In this document: positions 1 to 9,506 of the stretch, one piece after another
Layout: each line of letters begins with the position of its first letter
Position numbering within the stretch: position 1 is the first letter of the stretch
NCBI GenBank assembly: GCA_028404505.1
Contig: JAOOBM010000002.1
Span: 90,587 to 154,586 of the forward strand
DNA length: 64,000 bases
Direction: 5' to 3'
Origin: Acidimicrobiaceae bacterium
GTDB taxonomy: Bacteria > Actinomycetota > Acidimicrobiia > Actinomarinales > Actinomarinaceae
Translations under genes and position numbers: made by a program
Notes under the pieces: generated by a model
Told to the model about the DNA's origin: nothing
The model's database searches: none
Seen by the model: only the letters and a program-made list of their open reading frames with translations

Positions 1-1791
1 TTTCAATGTATGAATCCCAACCTATTGATCTTCCTAGTTCAAGTGTAAAAATATTTTGATTGAGATTTAAGGATTCTATCTTCTCTTTATTTATCTTGTT
101 AAGAATAGGCGCACTTATTATCTGCACAGATAAATCTTTTAAGTTTTTACTTATTTCAAAAGCAAGCTCAAGTTCAGAACCTGTCGCAACCAAAGTAATG
201 TCTTTACCAGGCATAAATTCATAAGCACCTGTTTGAAAATCCTTATAGCTAACGTCATTATCAAAAAATTTCATGTTTTGTCTTGATAAAATTATTGCTT
301 TAGGATTATCTTTTTTTTCTAATGCATATCTATAAGAATGAATTAATTCCATGCTGTTTGATGGCCTGATAACATCAAGATTAGGTATTAGTCTTAGCGA
401 CATTAAATGTTCAATAGGCTGATGTGTTGGTCCATCCTCTCCAAGATATATTGAATCATGAGTGAATATAAATAACGAATTAACATTCATCAAAGATGCT
501 AATCGCATACTTGGCCTCATATAGTCTGAGAAAACTAAAAAAGTTGATCCATATGGCATTAAATTACTATGTAAGGCAAGACCGTTAACAATTCCACCCA
601 TTGCATGCTCTCTAATTCCAAATTCAATACTGTTTCCTCCAAAATTATTTGAGCCAAAGGTATTATCACTTATTATTTGTTTTGTTGAAGCAGCTAAATC
701 TGCAGATCCACCAATAATAAATTTGTTTGATAAACCATATTCATTCAATATTTTGCCACCGACAACCCTTGAAGCTTCATCGCTTGACCATTCCAATTCA
801 ACCTTTGAGGTTTCAAATTTATTAAACTGGTTCCACAATTGCCTAAAATTCTTGTCTGATTGAAGTTTGGATTTTAAGTTAGCTTTCCATTCATCAAATT
901 TTGAATTATCGTTTTCCCTTTTTTCATCAAAATATGAATAAATTTCCGAATCATGAATAAATGGATCGCCCGAAAACCCAATATTCTCTAAAAAAAGTTC
1001 GAATTCATTTTCACCTAGTGGAGAACCATGAACTCCACTTGTGTTTTCTTTATTTGGAGCGTATTTACCGATTGTTGATTTAGAAATAATCAATGTTGGC
1101 TTATTGGTAATACTTTTTGCAGATTCGACTGCGTCAATAATTTCATTTTCATTATGTGCATCAATTTCAAGCACATCCCATCCCATCGAAATAAATTTTT
1201 GTTTTTGGTTAGTTGCTGACACTTGCGTAACATTTCCGTCAATAGAAATGTTGTTGTCATCAAAAAAGTAAATTAGTTTTCCGAGTTCCCATAATCCGGC
1301 TAGTTCTGCGGCCTCAGTTGAAATACCCTCCATTAAATCACCATCAGAAACAATCCCGTAAGTATGATGGTCCACAACATCCTCTCCAAAGATAGAGGCT
1401 AGATATCTCTCAGCTACTGCTAAACCTACACCATTTGCAAATCCTTGTCCGAGTGGTCCTGTAGTTGTATCTATCCCAATTTCAAAATCTTTTTCTGGAT
1501 GTCCTGCAGTTTTTGATCCTAATTGTCTAAAATTCTTTATTTCATCTATAGATATATCGAATCCATTAAAGTGCAAAAGACTATATAGAAGCATTGAACC
1601 GTGTCCTGCGCTTAAAACAAATCTATCTCGATTGATCCAGTCTGGATGTTTATTCGATACTTTTAAAAAGTTTTTGTACAAAACAACTCCAACATCCGCC
1701 ATACCTAGTGGCATACCAGGATGTCCAGAGTTTGCTCTTTCAACAGCGGCAGCAGAAAGAACTCTTATAGATTTTGTTACATCGTCAAACA
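1..1791 (-). CDS. tkt: Transketolase, C-terminally truncated by the window edge. N-terminus MFDDVTKSIRVLSAAAVERANSGHPGMPLG at 1791.
   Basis: My translation of the minus strand gives a continuous frame from the ATG at 1789-1791 to position 1. It carries the TPP-binding motif SGHPG and HDSIYLGEDGPTHQPIEHL. An in-frame TGA lies upstream of the ATG. The gene is not in the ORF track because its stop lies outside the window. Confidence 0.85.
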
Positions 1792-1813
1792 TTGCTCTAA
1801 GTATATTTATATA

Positions 1814-3460
1814 TCAAACAGAGGCAAAGGAATCTTTTGCATGATATGAAGATCTTACAAGAGGTCCTGATTCAATATGAGGAATACCAAGCTCTTGGCC
1901 GATAGTTTTATATTGTTCAAATTCTTCTTCTGATACATATCTATCAATTAATCTATGTCTTTGTGTAGGTCTTAAATACTGTCCAATAGTGACAATATCT
2001 ATATTGATACGAGATAAATCCTTAAGTACGGCTATTACCTCTTCAAATTCTTCGCCCATTCCAACAATTAAACCAGTCTTGGTCTTTCCAAGAAAATGAG
2101 ATTCCTTAGCGTATTGAAGTAGAGCTAAAGAACGACCATAAGATGCCGCTGTTCTTATTTCTCTTTGAAGACGTGGAACAGTTTCTAAATTATGATTCAA
2201 TACTTCAGGATTGGCATTTATGATATTATCTATTGCATCTTTACTTCCTTTAAAATCAGGAATTAAGACCTCAATAGATGTTTGATTGTTTTTAAGTCTG
2301 ACCTCATCAATGGTTTTTGCAAAAAATGCAGAACCTCCATCATCAAGATCATCTCTATTTACAGAGGTTATAACAGCATGGGTAAGGCCCATAATTTTTA
2401 CACTTTCTGCGACTCTATAAGGTTCATCCATATCTAAATCACATGGTTTTCCTGTATTTACATCACAAAATCCACATGCTCTTGTACAGGTATCACCCAT
2501 AATCATAAATGTTGCAGTGCCCATAGACCAACACTCATATATATTTGGACATGATGCTTCTTCACATACTGTATTGAGCCGTTTTTCTTTAATTAAACTT
2601 TTTAGTGAGAGGTAATCTTTACCAAGGTTTGCTTTGACTTTCATCCATTCCGGTCTTTCTGGTTCACTCTTAACTGATGAATTTAAAGTAATTGGAACGG
2701 AGTTTTTAGAAGCATTGAATACACCATTGTTTACCAGTTGGTCGATATGAAATTCTTTTTTCTTCTTTAATTGTCTTGGAGTAAATTGAGAAAACTGTTT
2801 ATCTACTTTCTCATATTTAAATATTTCAACAAATTTTCTTGAAATTATTTCGGTAACTTCTTTAAATGAAACTGTCTCATCATATTGCTGGATAGAAACT
2901 ACTTGTTCATCACTGCTTCCACATGGATTTATAAAATCAAACCCTTTTGTATTTTCACTTATGTTTAATGAGAATCCGTGAAGTGTTGTCCATTTACTGA
3001 CTTTTATTCCAATAGAAGCAATTTTTCCTTCTTTGGTCCATACTCCAGTGTCATCAGTTTTTGAGAAAGCCTCTATTGATAGTTCAGCAAGCGTATCAAT
3101 AATTACATTTTCAATTTTACGCACAAAAGGAACTACTTTTTTTGGATCATCTAATCTAATTATTGGATATCCAATTAATTGACCATCGCCATGAAAGGTG
3201 ATATCTCCGCCTCTATCTGTTTCAAAAAATTCAATATTATTTTCATTAAGTATATTTTTTGAAACTAGTAGATTGTTGATATCTCCCGATCTTCCAATTG
3301 TCACTACATTATTGTGTTCTAACAAAAGCAAGTAATCGAATGGTGAATTTTCTAGACTAGTTGCCGAGTGAAGACCTTTTTGAAGTATGTAGGCTTCTCC
3401 ATAGGGCAATTTTCCTAGCCATCTAATATTTAATTCTCTCAAGATATTTCCTGAGACCAA
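1814..3460 (-). CDS. lipA: Single-ORF fusion of lipoyl(octanoyl) transferase LipB and lipoyl synthase LipA.
   Basis: The first ~215 aa have the LipB fold and motifs (TDRGGDITFHGDGQL, KIASIGIKVSKWTTLHG). The C-terminal ~300 aa begin with the LipA N-terminal motif RPEWMKVK. They carry the radical-SAM Cys motif CEEASCPNIYEC...CTRACGFC. No stop or frameshift separates the two parts. Confidence 0.85.
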   Translation of the reverse strand: MVSGNILRELNIRWLGKLPYGEAYILQKGLHSATSLENSPFDYLLLLEHNNVVTIGRSGDINNLLVSKNILNENNIEFFETDRGGDITFHGDGQLIGYPIIRLDDPKKVVPFVRKIENVIIDTLAELSIEAFSKTDDTGVWTKEGKIASIGIKVSKWTTLHGFSLNISENTKGFDFINPCGSSDEQVVSIQQYDETVSFKEVTEIISRKFVEIFKYEKVDKQFSQFTPRQLKKKKEFHIDQLVNNGVFNASKNSVPITLNSSVKSEPERPEWMKVKANLGKDYLSLKSLIKEKRLNTVCEEASCPNIYECWSMGTATFMIMGDTCTRACGFCDVNTGKPCDLDMDEPYRVAESVKIMGLTHAVITSVNRDDLDDGGSAFFAKTIDEVRLKNNQTSIEVLIPDFKGSKDAIDNIINANPEVLNHNLETVPRLQREIRTAASYGRSLALLQYAKESHFLGKTKTGLIVGMGEEFEEVIAVLKDLSRINIDIVTIGQYLRPTQRHRLIDRYVSEEEFEQYKTIGQELGIPHIESGPLVRSSYHAKDSFASV

Positions 3461-4722
3461 TCTGTATTTTCAAGCTTATTTTTAATTGAATTTAAAAACA
3501 TCAGAGCTGTAGACCCATCAAAAGCTCTATGATCCCAAGTTAAACTCAATATTCCAACATGGCGAATTGCAATTGAGTCGGAACCATCATCCATCTCTAA
3601 AACTACTGGTCGTTTTTTAACTGACTCAGTTGAGAGTATTGCTACATTCGGCTGATTTATAATCGGTGAAGTAAGAAAGGAGTTGAATGATCCATTATTT
3701 GATATGGTAAAGGTACTTCCTGTTACATCGTCTAGATTATATTTTCCGTCCCTCAATAGCTTGGAAATTTCAGATATTTTTCTTGCGGTACCTTTTAAAT
3801 TATAGGAATCAGCTTCTCTTATAGTTCCAACAAGAAGCCCTTCTTGATTTATATCAACTGCAATACCTAGTTCAATATTTTCATGAACTGTTTGAACTCC
3901 TTTTTCCAAATCAAATGAACTATTTACTACTGAATGCTCTCTTAATGCACTAACAACTGCTGTTGCAATAAATGGCAAATAAGTTAATGAAAAATTGTTT
4001 TCTTCCTTAAATTTATTCTTTACCTTGCTTCTTATGTTTTCCACATTTTCGAAATCTACCTCTACTGATGTCATCACATGTGCAGATGTTTGTTTTGATA
4101 AAATCATATTTTCAGCAATTTTTTTCCTCAACCTTGGAATTTCTGATGTACCAATTTCAGCAGATTTTGATTGCGTCATTGAGGTTTTTGTTTGACTGCT
4201 AATTTTTCCAGACCCGTTGTTTATAAAATGATCAATATCTTTTCTTGTAACCCTGCCGTCTTTACCTGTTCCCTCTATAGATTCTAAATCAATGTTATTC
4301 TCCAATGCCAACCTTCTGACTACTGGCGAGACTTTACCGACATTTTTTACTTTAGTTATTGGCTGATCTTCTTCTACAACTTCTTTATTTTCCACAATTT
4401 CTTGAACTGGATTTTGATCACTAGGAGCATCTACAACCTCTTCAACCTCATCATTCGTATCATTTGTTACATCTACAGAAGAATTTTCTCCATCCAATTC
4501 AAGTAATGGTGAGCCAACTTCTACAGTTTCACCCTCTTCGACCAATAGTGCAGAAACTGTTCCAGAAAAGGGACTTGGAACTTCAGTATCAACTTTATCT
4601 GTAGAAATTTCTAATATTGGATCATCTTCTTTAATTGAATCTCCAACATTTACAAGCCATCGGAGTATCGTACCCTCAGTTACAGTTTCGCCAAGCTGTG
4701 GCATAGTTATGCGTTCACTCAT
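3439..4722 (-). CDS. Dihydrolipoamide acyltransferase (E2) of a 2-oxoacid dehydrogenase complex.
   Basis: N-terminal lipoyl domain (ISTDKVDTEVPSPFSGTV), an acidic linker, and a C-terminal catalytic domain with DHRAFDG. Confidence 0.85.
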   Translation of the reverse strand: MSERITMPQLGETVTEGTILRWLVNVGDSIKEDDPILEISTDKVDTEVPSPFSGTVSALLVEEGETVEVGSPLLELDGENSSVDVTNDTNDEVEEVVDAPSDQNPVQEIVENKEVVEEDQPITKVKNVGKVSPVVRRLALENNIDLESIEGTGKDGRVTRKDIDHFINNGSGKISSQTKTSMTQSKSAEIGTSEIPRLRKKIAENMILSKQTSAHVMTSVEVDFENVENIRSKVKNKFKEENNFSLTYLPFIATAVVSALREHSVVNSSFDLEKGVQTVHENIELGIAVDINQEGLLVGTIREADSYNLKGTARKISEISKLLRDGKYNLDDVTGSTFTISNNGSFNSFLTSPIINQPNVAILSTESVKKRPVVLEMDDGSDSIAIRHVGILSLTWDHRAFDGSTALMFLNSIKNKLENTDWSQEIS

Positions 4723-4726
4723 ATAT

Positions 4727-6733
4727 TTATTGTAATTCCTTTATGGCATTTATAACTTTTTCAATGCTTGGAATAAATGCATCCTCTAAAACAGGGGCAA
4801 ATGGAATATGGGTATTTGGTGATGTAACTTTTTTAATAGGGTTATCAAGATTCCAAAAACCTTTTTCAGCAACAAGTGATGAAATTTCTGAAGCAACTGA
4901 TGAAAAGGGGACGTCTTCTTGAAGAATGCAAATATTTGATGTTTTCTCGACAGAATTCAATATTATTTCTTCATCAAGTGGAACTATGGTTCTTATATCG
5001 ACTATCTCGACCGAGATATTATCTTTTTCAAGTTTTTCAGCAGCTTCTTGTGCAACAGAAACCATACCAGACCAAGTAACTAGGGTAACGTCAGATCCTT
5101 CACGAATAACTTTTCCTTTACCAATCTCAACCTCATACAGTCCTACTGGTACATCCATTTTGAGATTTGGTTTTCTATATAGTTTTTTATGCTCTAAATA
5201 CATCACCGGATTAGGGTCATTAACTGCAGCAACTAATAATCCTTTTGCATCATAAGGATTTGATGGTGCAACAACTTTGATCCCAGGGTGATGGGCTAAT
5301 AAAGATTCAGGACTAATTGAATGAAATGGTCCAGATCTTGTTCCAGCTCCAGTTGGTCCTCTCACAACCATTGGGACTGCTTTTCCAGCTTTCCAATAAT
5401 ATTTTGCAGCTTCGGTTGTTAATTGATCAAGTGCTGGATAAACAAAATCATAAAATTGTAATTCAACAATTGGTTTTTGCCCAGCTAATGCAGCGCCTAC
5501 TGCTGCACCTGTGAAACCACCTTCAGATATTGCAGTATCGATAACTCTAAATGGCCCAAATTTATCAAATAATCCCTTTGTGGCTTTAAATGCACCCTCA
5601 AACACACCAACATCTTCACCCATAATGAATACACCTTCATCATCAGTCATTAGTTCGTCTAAACCATTATTTATTGCTTCAATATAATTCATTGTTTTTA
5701 AGTTATTTAAATTATTTTCAATTATTGGTTTTGTTCGAACAGCGAACATATCTTTAAGTTCATCATTAGGATCAGGATCTTCTTGGCTTTTTGCCCACTC
5801 AAGTGTATCCCTAATTTCAACTTCTAGATTAGATCCTAAATCTAAAAAGTCTTGTTCTGTAAATAGTCCTTCATTAATTAATGAATCTTCAAACCTAGCT
5901 ATAGGGTCTCTCTTCATCCAAAAATCTCTAACTTCATCCTCAACGTAATCAGCTGGATCATGTCCAGCGTGTCCATAATGTCTAAATGTGACTAATTCAA
6001 TTAATGTTGGACCTTGACCGTTCCGAGCATTTTCACATGCTTCGTGAATGGTATCAATGACATCATAAATATCATTACCGTCAATTATTAAAGAGGGAAT
6101 ACCGTATCCTGCTCCTCTATCAGCAACATTTGGAGTTCCAAATTCAGTTTCATTCGGTGAAGAGTAAGCAAATTGGTTATTTTGAACTGTAAAAACAACT
6201 GGAAGGTTTAGAACGCCAGCCATATTTACACTTTCATGCCAAGTTCCTGTGGCAGTTGCACCTTCACCACAGTTTGCAACAGCTACAACACCACTTCCTT
6301 GTTGTTGAGAAGCTAATGCCCAACCTACTGCGACAGGTGCAGAATCAGGGAGTGGAGAAACAACCATTAAAGTTCCTTTATCAACTACTCCAAAGTGACT
6401 GTTTCCATCTCTTCCTTTTGATGGACCATCTTTTTTTCCAAAAAAGTTAAGTGCAACTTCCTTTAAAGTTACACCTTTCATGAGCTGGACACCTAAATCA
6501 CGATGAGTTCCTCCAAATATATCTTGTTTAGCCATTCCTGCTCCTATACCTGCCATTGAAGCTTCCTGACCAATTCCTGGATAAACTGCACCGCTTAATT
6601 GTCCACCTTTGTACATTTTTAATAAACGATCCTCAAGAAGTCTTTGTGTTTTCATAGATTTATATACTTCCCAAAGTTGTTCACTTGAGAGAGTTGATGA
6701 ATATCCTTTTCTTACTATTTTTTCTACTTTCAC
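4727..6733 (-). CDS. TPP-dependent 2-oxoacid dehydrogenase E1 component, with alpha and beta subunits fused in one 668-aa polypeptide.
   Basis: The N-terminal half resembles E1-alpha (TPP-binding GIGQEA...GDG region). The C-terminal half resembles E1-beta, a transketolase-like pyrimidine-binding domain (FRVIDTAISEGGFTGAAVGAALAG). Confidence 0.8.
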   Translation of the reverse strand: MKVEKIVRKGYSSTLSSEQLWEVYKSMKTQRLLEDRLLKMYKGGQLSGAVYPGIGQEASMAGIGAGMAKQDIFGGTHRDLGVQLMKGVTLKEVALNFFGKKDGPSKGRDGNSHFGVVDKGTLMVVSPLPDSAPVAVGWALASQQQGSGVVAVANCGEGATATGTWHESVNMAGVLNLPVVFTVQNNQFAYSSPNETEFGTPNVADRGAGYGIPSLIIDGNDIYDVIDTIHEACENARNGQGPTLIELVTFRHYGHAGHDPADYVEDEVRDFWMKRDPIARFEDSLINEGLFTEQDFLDLGSNLEVEIRDTLEWAKSQEDPDPNDELKDMFAVRTKPIIENNLNNLKTMNYIEAINNGLDELMTDDEGVFIMGEDVGVFEGAFKATKGLFDKFGPFRVIDTAISEGGFTGAAVGAALAGQKPIVELQFYDFVYPALDQLTTEAAKYYWKAGKAVPMVVRGPTGAGTRSGPFHSISPESLLAHHPGIKVVAPSNPYDAKGLLVAAVNDPNPVMYLEHKKLYRKPNLKMDVPVGLYEVEIGKGKVIREGSDVTLVTWSGMVSVAQEAAEKLEKDNISVEIVDIRTIVPLDEEIILNSVEKTSNICILQEDVPFSSVASEISSLVAEKGFWNLDNPIKKVTSPNTHIPFAPVLEDAFIPSIEKVINAIKELQ

Positions 6734-8097
6734 TAATGCAATCCTTTCCCAGTCAAACCAAGTAATGATTCTCCTACTGCCTCACTTAATGTTGGATGAG
6801 CATGAATAAACTCTGCTGCCTCTTCTGGTAGAGCCTCCCATCCAACCATATACATTATTTCATGTATCATTTCTCCAGCAGAAGGTCCACAAACACTTGC
6901 GCCTACTATAGGTCCCTCTTTTTCTGCATAAACTTTTACTAATCCTTGGTTTTGCTCTGTAATCATTGCTCTCCCTACACCAGCAAAGCTATGCTGAGAT
7001 TGTTCAATTTCAATATTTTCTAATTTAGCTTTTTCGGCATTAAGCCCAATTTCTGCCAATTCTGGCCTTGTATAAACAACATATGGAATTGCTTTATAAT
7101 CTAATGGCTTTTTTTCACCAGAAGCAATGTATGTAATCGCTGATATTGCTTCGGCAAAAGCTGCATGAGCTAATTGAGGTGTATTGTTCACGATATCCCC
7201 AAGTGCAAAAATATTAGCAACAGATGTTTCAAAGGTGTCTAAATCTACATTTATAAAACCATTTTCTGAAGCAATATTTACGTTATCTAATCCAATGTTT
7301 TCAGTTAATGGAGCTCTGCCAACGGCAATTAATACTGCATCGAATTCTTTCTTTTCACCATCTGAAAAATTAACAGTCTTATCATCTATTCCATCAATTG
7401 ATGTATTTAGCTTAAACTCAATACCTCGCTTGGTTAGTTGCTTTCTTAGTTCACCTGATGTTCTCTTATCCAAACCAGGAAGTATCTCTTTAGCTAATTC
7501 AACAACAGTCACTTCTGATTCAAGATCATTTAACAGACTTGCAAATTCACAACCAATCGCACCAGCACCAACGATACAAACTTTTTTTGGAGGCTCTTCC
7601 CAGTTCAGTGCAGTATCTGATGTAATAATGAAGTCTTCATCTGGTTCAATATTTGGAAGATTTCTTGGTTTAGATCCAGTTGCAAGAATAATATAATCGG
7701 AATCAATTTTTTCCCTGGTTCCATCTGATTTTTGTACTAAAACTGAAGACTGATTTTCAATGGAGCCCCATCCTTCTATGACATTTACATTCTTACTTTT
7801 TAAAAGCATTTTTATGCCAGATACAAGTTTTTCTACTACTTCAATTCTTTTGAGTGATGTTTTATTCCAATCTATTGATTTACCATCTACATTTATTCCA
7901 TAATGTTCTGATGTTGAAATTTCATGGTTTAACTCTGCAACATGCAGCCAATATTTTGCAGGTATACACCCACGATTTAGACATGTTCCACCTAAGACAT
8001 CAGACTCTACAAGTGTTACTTCAAGATTAAAGTTGTGAGCGTATAGTGCAGCTGCGTATCCAGCTGGCCCCCCGCCAATAATTGTTATTTTTTTCAA
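6733..8097 (-). CDS. lpdA: Dihydrolipoyl dehydrogenase (E3).
   Basis: FAD motif GGGPAGYAAAL, redox-active disulfide GGTCLNRGCIPAK, and C-terminal HAHPTLSE. Confidence 0.9.
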   Translation of the reverse strand: MKKITIIGGGPAGYAAALYAHNFNLEVTLVESDVLGGTCLNRGCIPAKYWLHVAELNHEISTSEHYGINVDGKSIDWNKTSLKRIEVVEKLVSGIKMLLKSKNVNVIEGWGSIENQSSVLVQKSDGTREKIDSDYIILATGSKPRNLPNIEPDEDFIITSDTALNWEEPPKKVCIVGAGAIGCEFASLLNDLESEVTVVELAKEILPGLDKRTSGELRKQLTKRGIEFKLNTSIDGIDDKTVNFSDGEKKEFDAVLIAVGRAPLTENIGLDNVNIASENGFINVDLDTFETSVANIFALGDIVNNTPQLAHAAFAEAISAITYIASGEKKPLDYKAIPYVVYTRPELAEIGLNAEKAKLENIEIEQSQHSFAGVGRAMITEQNQGLVKVYAEKEGPIVGASVCGPSAGEMIHEIMYMVGWEALPEEAAEFIHAHPTLSEAVGESLLGLTGKGLH

Positions 8098-8261
8098 ATT
8101 ACCTCTTTCAAGATAGGGTTTCTATCAAATCGAGATAATAACTACACCATATCTAGGGGTTCCCTGAATATGGTGATCAAAGTTATTTTCACTATTAAAT
8201 CTAACCTAAAAGATGACATCCTCCAACTCAAGATAACTCATTAATAAGATAAAATACTTTT

Positions 8262-8348
8262 ATGCAAACTAGACATCTAATAATTGCTTCCCTAATTACA
8301 GCGATAGCTATTGTTGTTGCATTTGGTGTTTGGGTGATGACTAACTAA
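8262..8348 (+). CDS. Possible 28-aa small hydrophobic peptide (MQTRHLIIASLITAIAIVVAFGVWVMTN).
   Basis: I found this by eye; it is not in the ORF track. It has a single predicted TM helix, sits in the divergent intergenic region upstream of the MBL gene, and ends 1 nt before that gene's TTG start. Confidence 0.2.
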   Translation: MQTRHLIIASLITAIAIVVAFGVWVMTN

Positions 8349-8349
8349 A

Positions 8350-9306
8350 TTGAAAAGTTTTAATCTTGGTCACGGCATATTACATTTCCCTTTAAAACTT
8401 CCATGGGCTCCTCCAGGTTTTGTAAACATTTATTTAATTGAGGATGATGAAGGCTTCATCATGATTGATTGTGGAGTTAATGGAGATGAGTATTTTGATG
8501 AACTAAAAATAAATCTACAAAAATTAAACATTGATTTTTCAGATATAAATTTATTGATCGGTACACACATGCATTCAGACCACATCGGTCTTTCTGGAGT
8601 TTTGAGAGAGGAAGGATTGAAATTTGGTCTTTATGAAAATTCTGAAGAGTTTATTCCCAAATATAATGATTGGACTGATCGATTTAGATTAATTAGTGAG
8701 TTTGCAAAAAAACAAGGTGCTCCAAAAGAATTTGTAGAAGATCTGAACTCGATTACAACTCCATCTACAACTGGCAAGCTAACCACCCCAGATGTTCTAT
8801 TGAAAGAAGGGAAAATAAAAGATATAAGTCGAAATCTAGAAGTTATTTTTACACCCGGGCATGATATTTCAGAAATATCAATTTATGACCCATCAAGTAA
8901 AATTATCTTTTCTGGTGATCACATACTTCCAAGAATTACACCTTTTATTCCTATTCATGATGAAGAAACAAGTATGTTAAATCATTATGTAGATTCACTA
9001 AATAAAATGAAGTCCTTTGAACATACAAAAATTGCACCTGGTCATTTTGAGATGATAGATAATCCACAAAATAGGGTTGAGCAAATACTTCTCCACCATG
9101 AAAAGAGGTCTGAGAAAATAATTAATATTTTAAAAGATGGTGAACTAACGGGATGGGAAGTTACGAAGAAATTATTTTCGCGACCGCTTGATGCAATGAA
9201 TCTTCGTCTAGCTTTCCAAGAAACCATGGCCCACCTTAAATACATTGAGTCACAAGGGAAAATTAAACAAAAAGTTTCAGAAGTGAATACTTGGAGCCTT
9301 ACTTAA
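8350..9306 (+). CDS. MBL-fold metallo-hydrolase.
   Basis: HxHxDH motif (GTHMHSDHIG) and downstream His/Asp ligands (TPGHD, SGDHI). The ORF uses a TTG start. Confidence 0.7.
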   Translation: MKSFNLGHGILHFPLKLPWAPPGFVNIYLIEDDEGFIMIDCGVNGDEYFDELKINLQKLNIDFSDINLLIGTHMHSDHIGLSGVLREEGLKFGLYENSEEFIPKYNDWTDRFRLISEFAKKQGAPKEFVEDLNSITTPSTTGKLTTPDVLLKEGKIKDISRNLEVIFTPGHDISEISIYDPSSKIIFSGDHILPRITPFIPIHDEETSMLNHYVDSLNKMKSFEHTKIAPGHFEMIDNPQNRVEQILLHHEKRSEKIINILKDGELTGWEVTKKLFSRPLDAMNLRLAFQETMAHLKYIESQGKIKQKVSEVNTWSLT

Positions 9307-9505
9307 AAGGTTTAAAACTTCTATTCTTTGCTTCCTCTAAAGAATCCGGAGCAAAAGATTGTAATTGATTGTTTTTTACAAGTTCTTTTTCTTCTTCAAG
9401 TTGTTCTAATGCTTTAAAATGATCAGGATTATCACAATCATAAACTTTCATATTTTTTCTATATCCTATAAATCTGTAACTTTCGAATTTTGGAAGTCTT
9501 GGCAA
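9299..9505 (-). CDS. Hypothetical small protein (68 aa).
   Basis: The ORF abuts the acyl-CoA dehydrogenase stop and is otherwise intergenic. I recognise no motif. Confidence 0.35.
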   Translation of the reverse strand: MPRLPKFESYRFIGYRKNMKVYDCDNPDHFKALEQLEEEKELVKNNQLQSFAPDSLEEAKNRSFKPFK

Positions 9506-9506
9506 T

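Noticed and set aside
1041-1844. Two short + strand ORFs (1041-1271 and 1632-1844).
   Set aside because: Both lie antisense within the transketolase gene, whose reading frame is continuous and strongly conserved.
7184-7696. A 170-aa + strand ORF inside lpd. Similar antisense ORFs lie at 4926-5255, 12114-12557, 20850-21218, 22807-23196, 37054-37320 and 58638-59087.
   Set aside because: Each lies entirely within a well-supported gene on the opposite strand. Their composition is low-complexity (S/L/F-rich), typical of shadow ORFs in AT-rich DNA.
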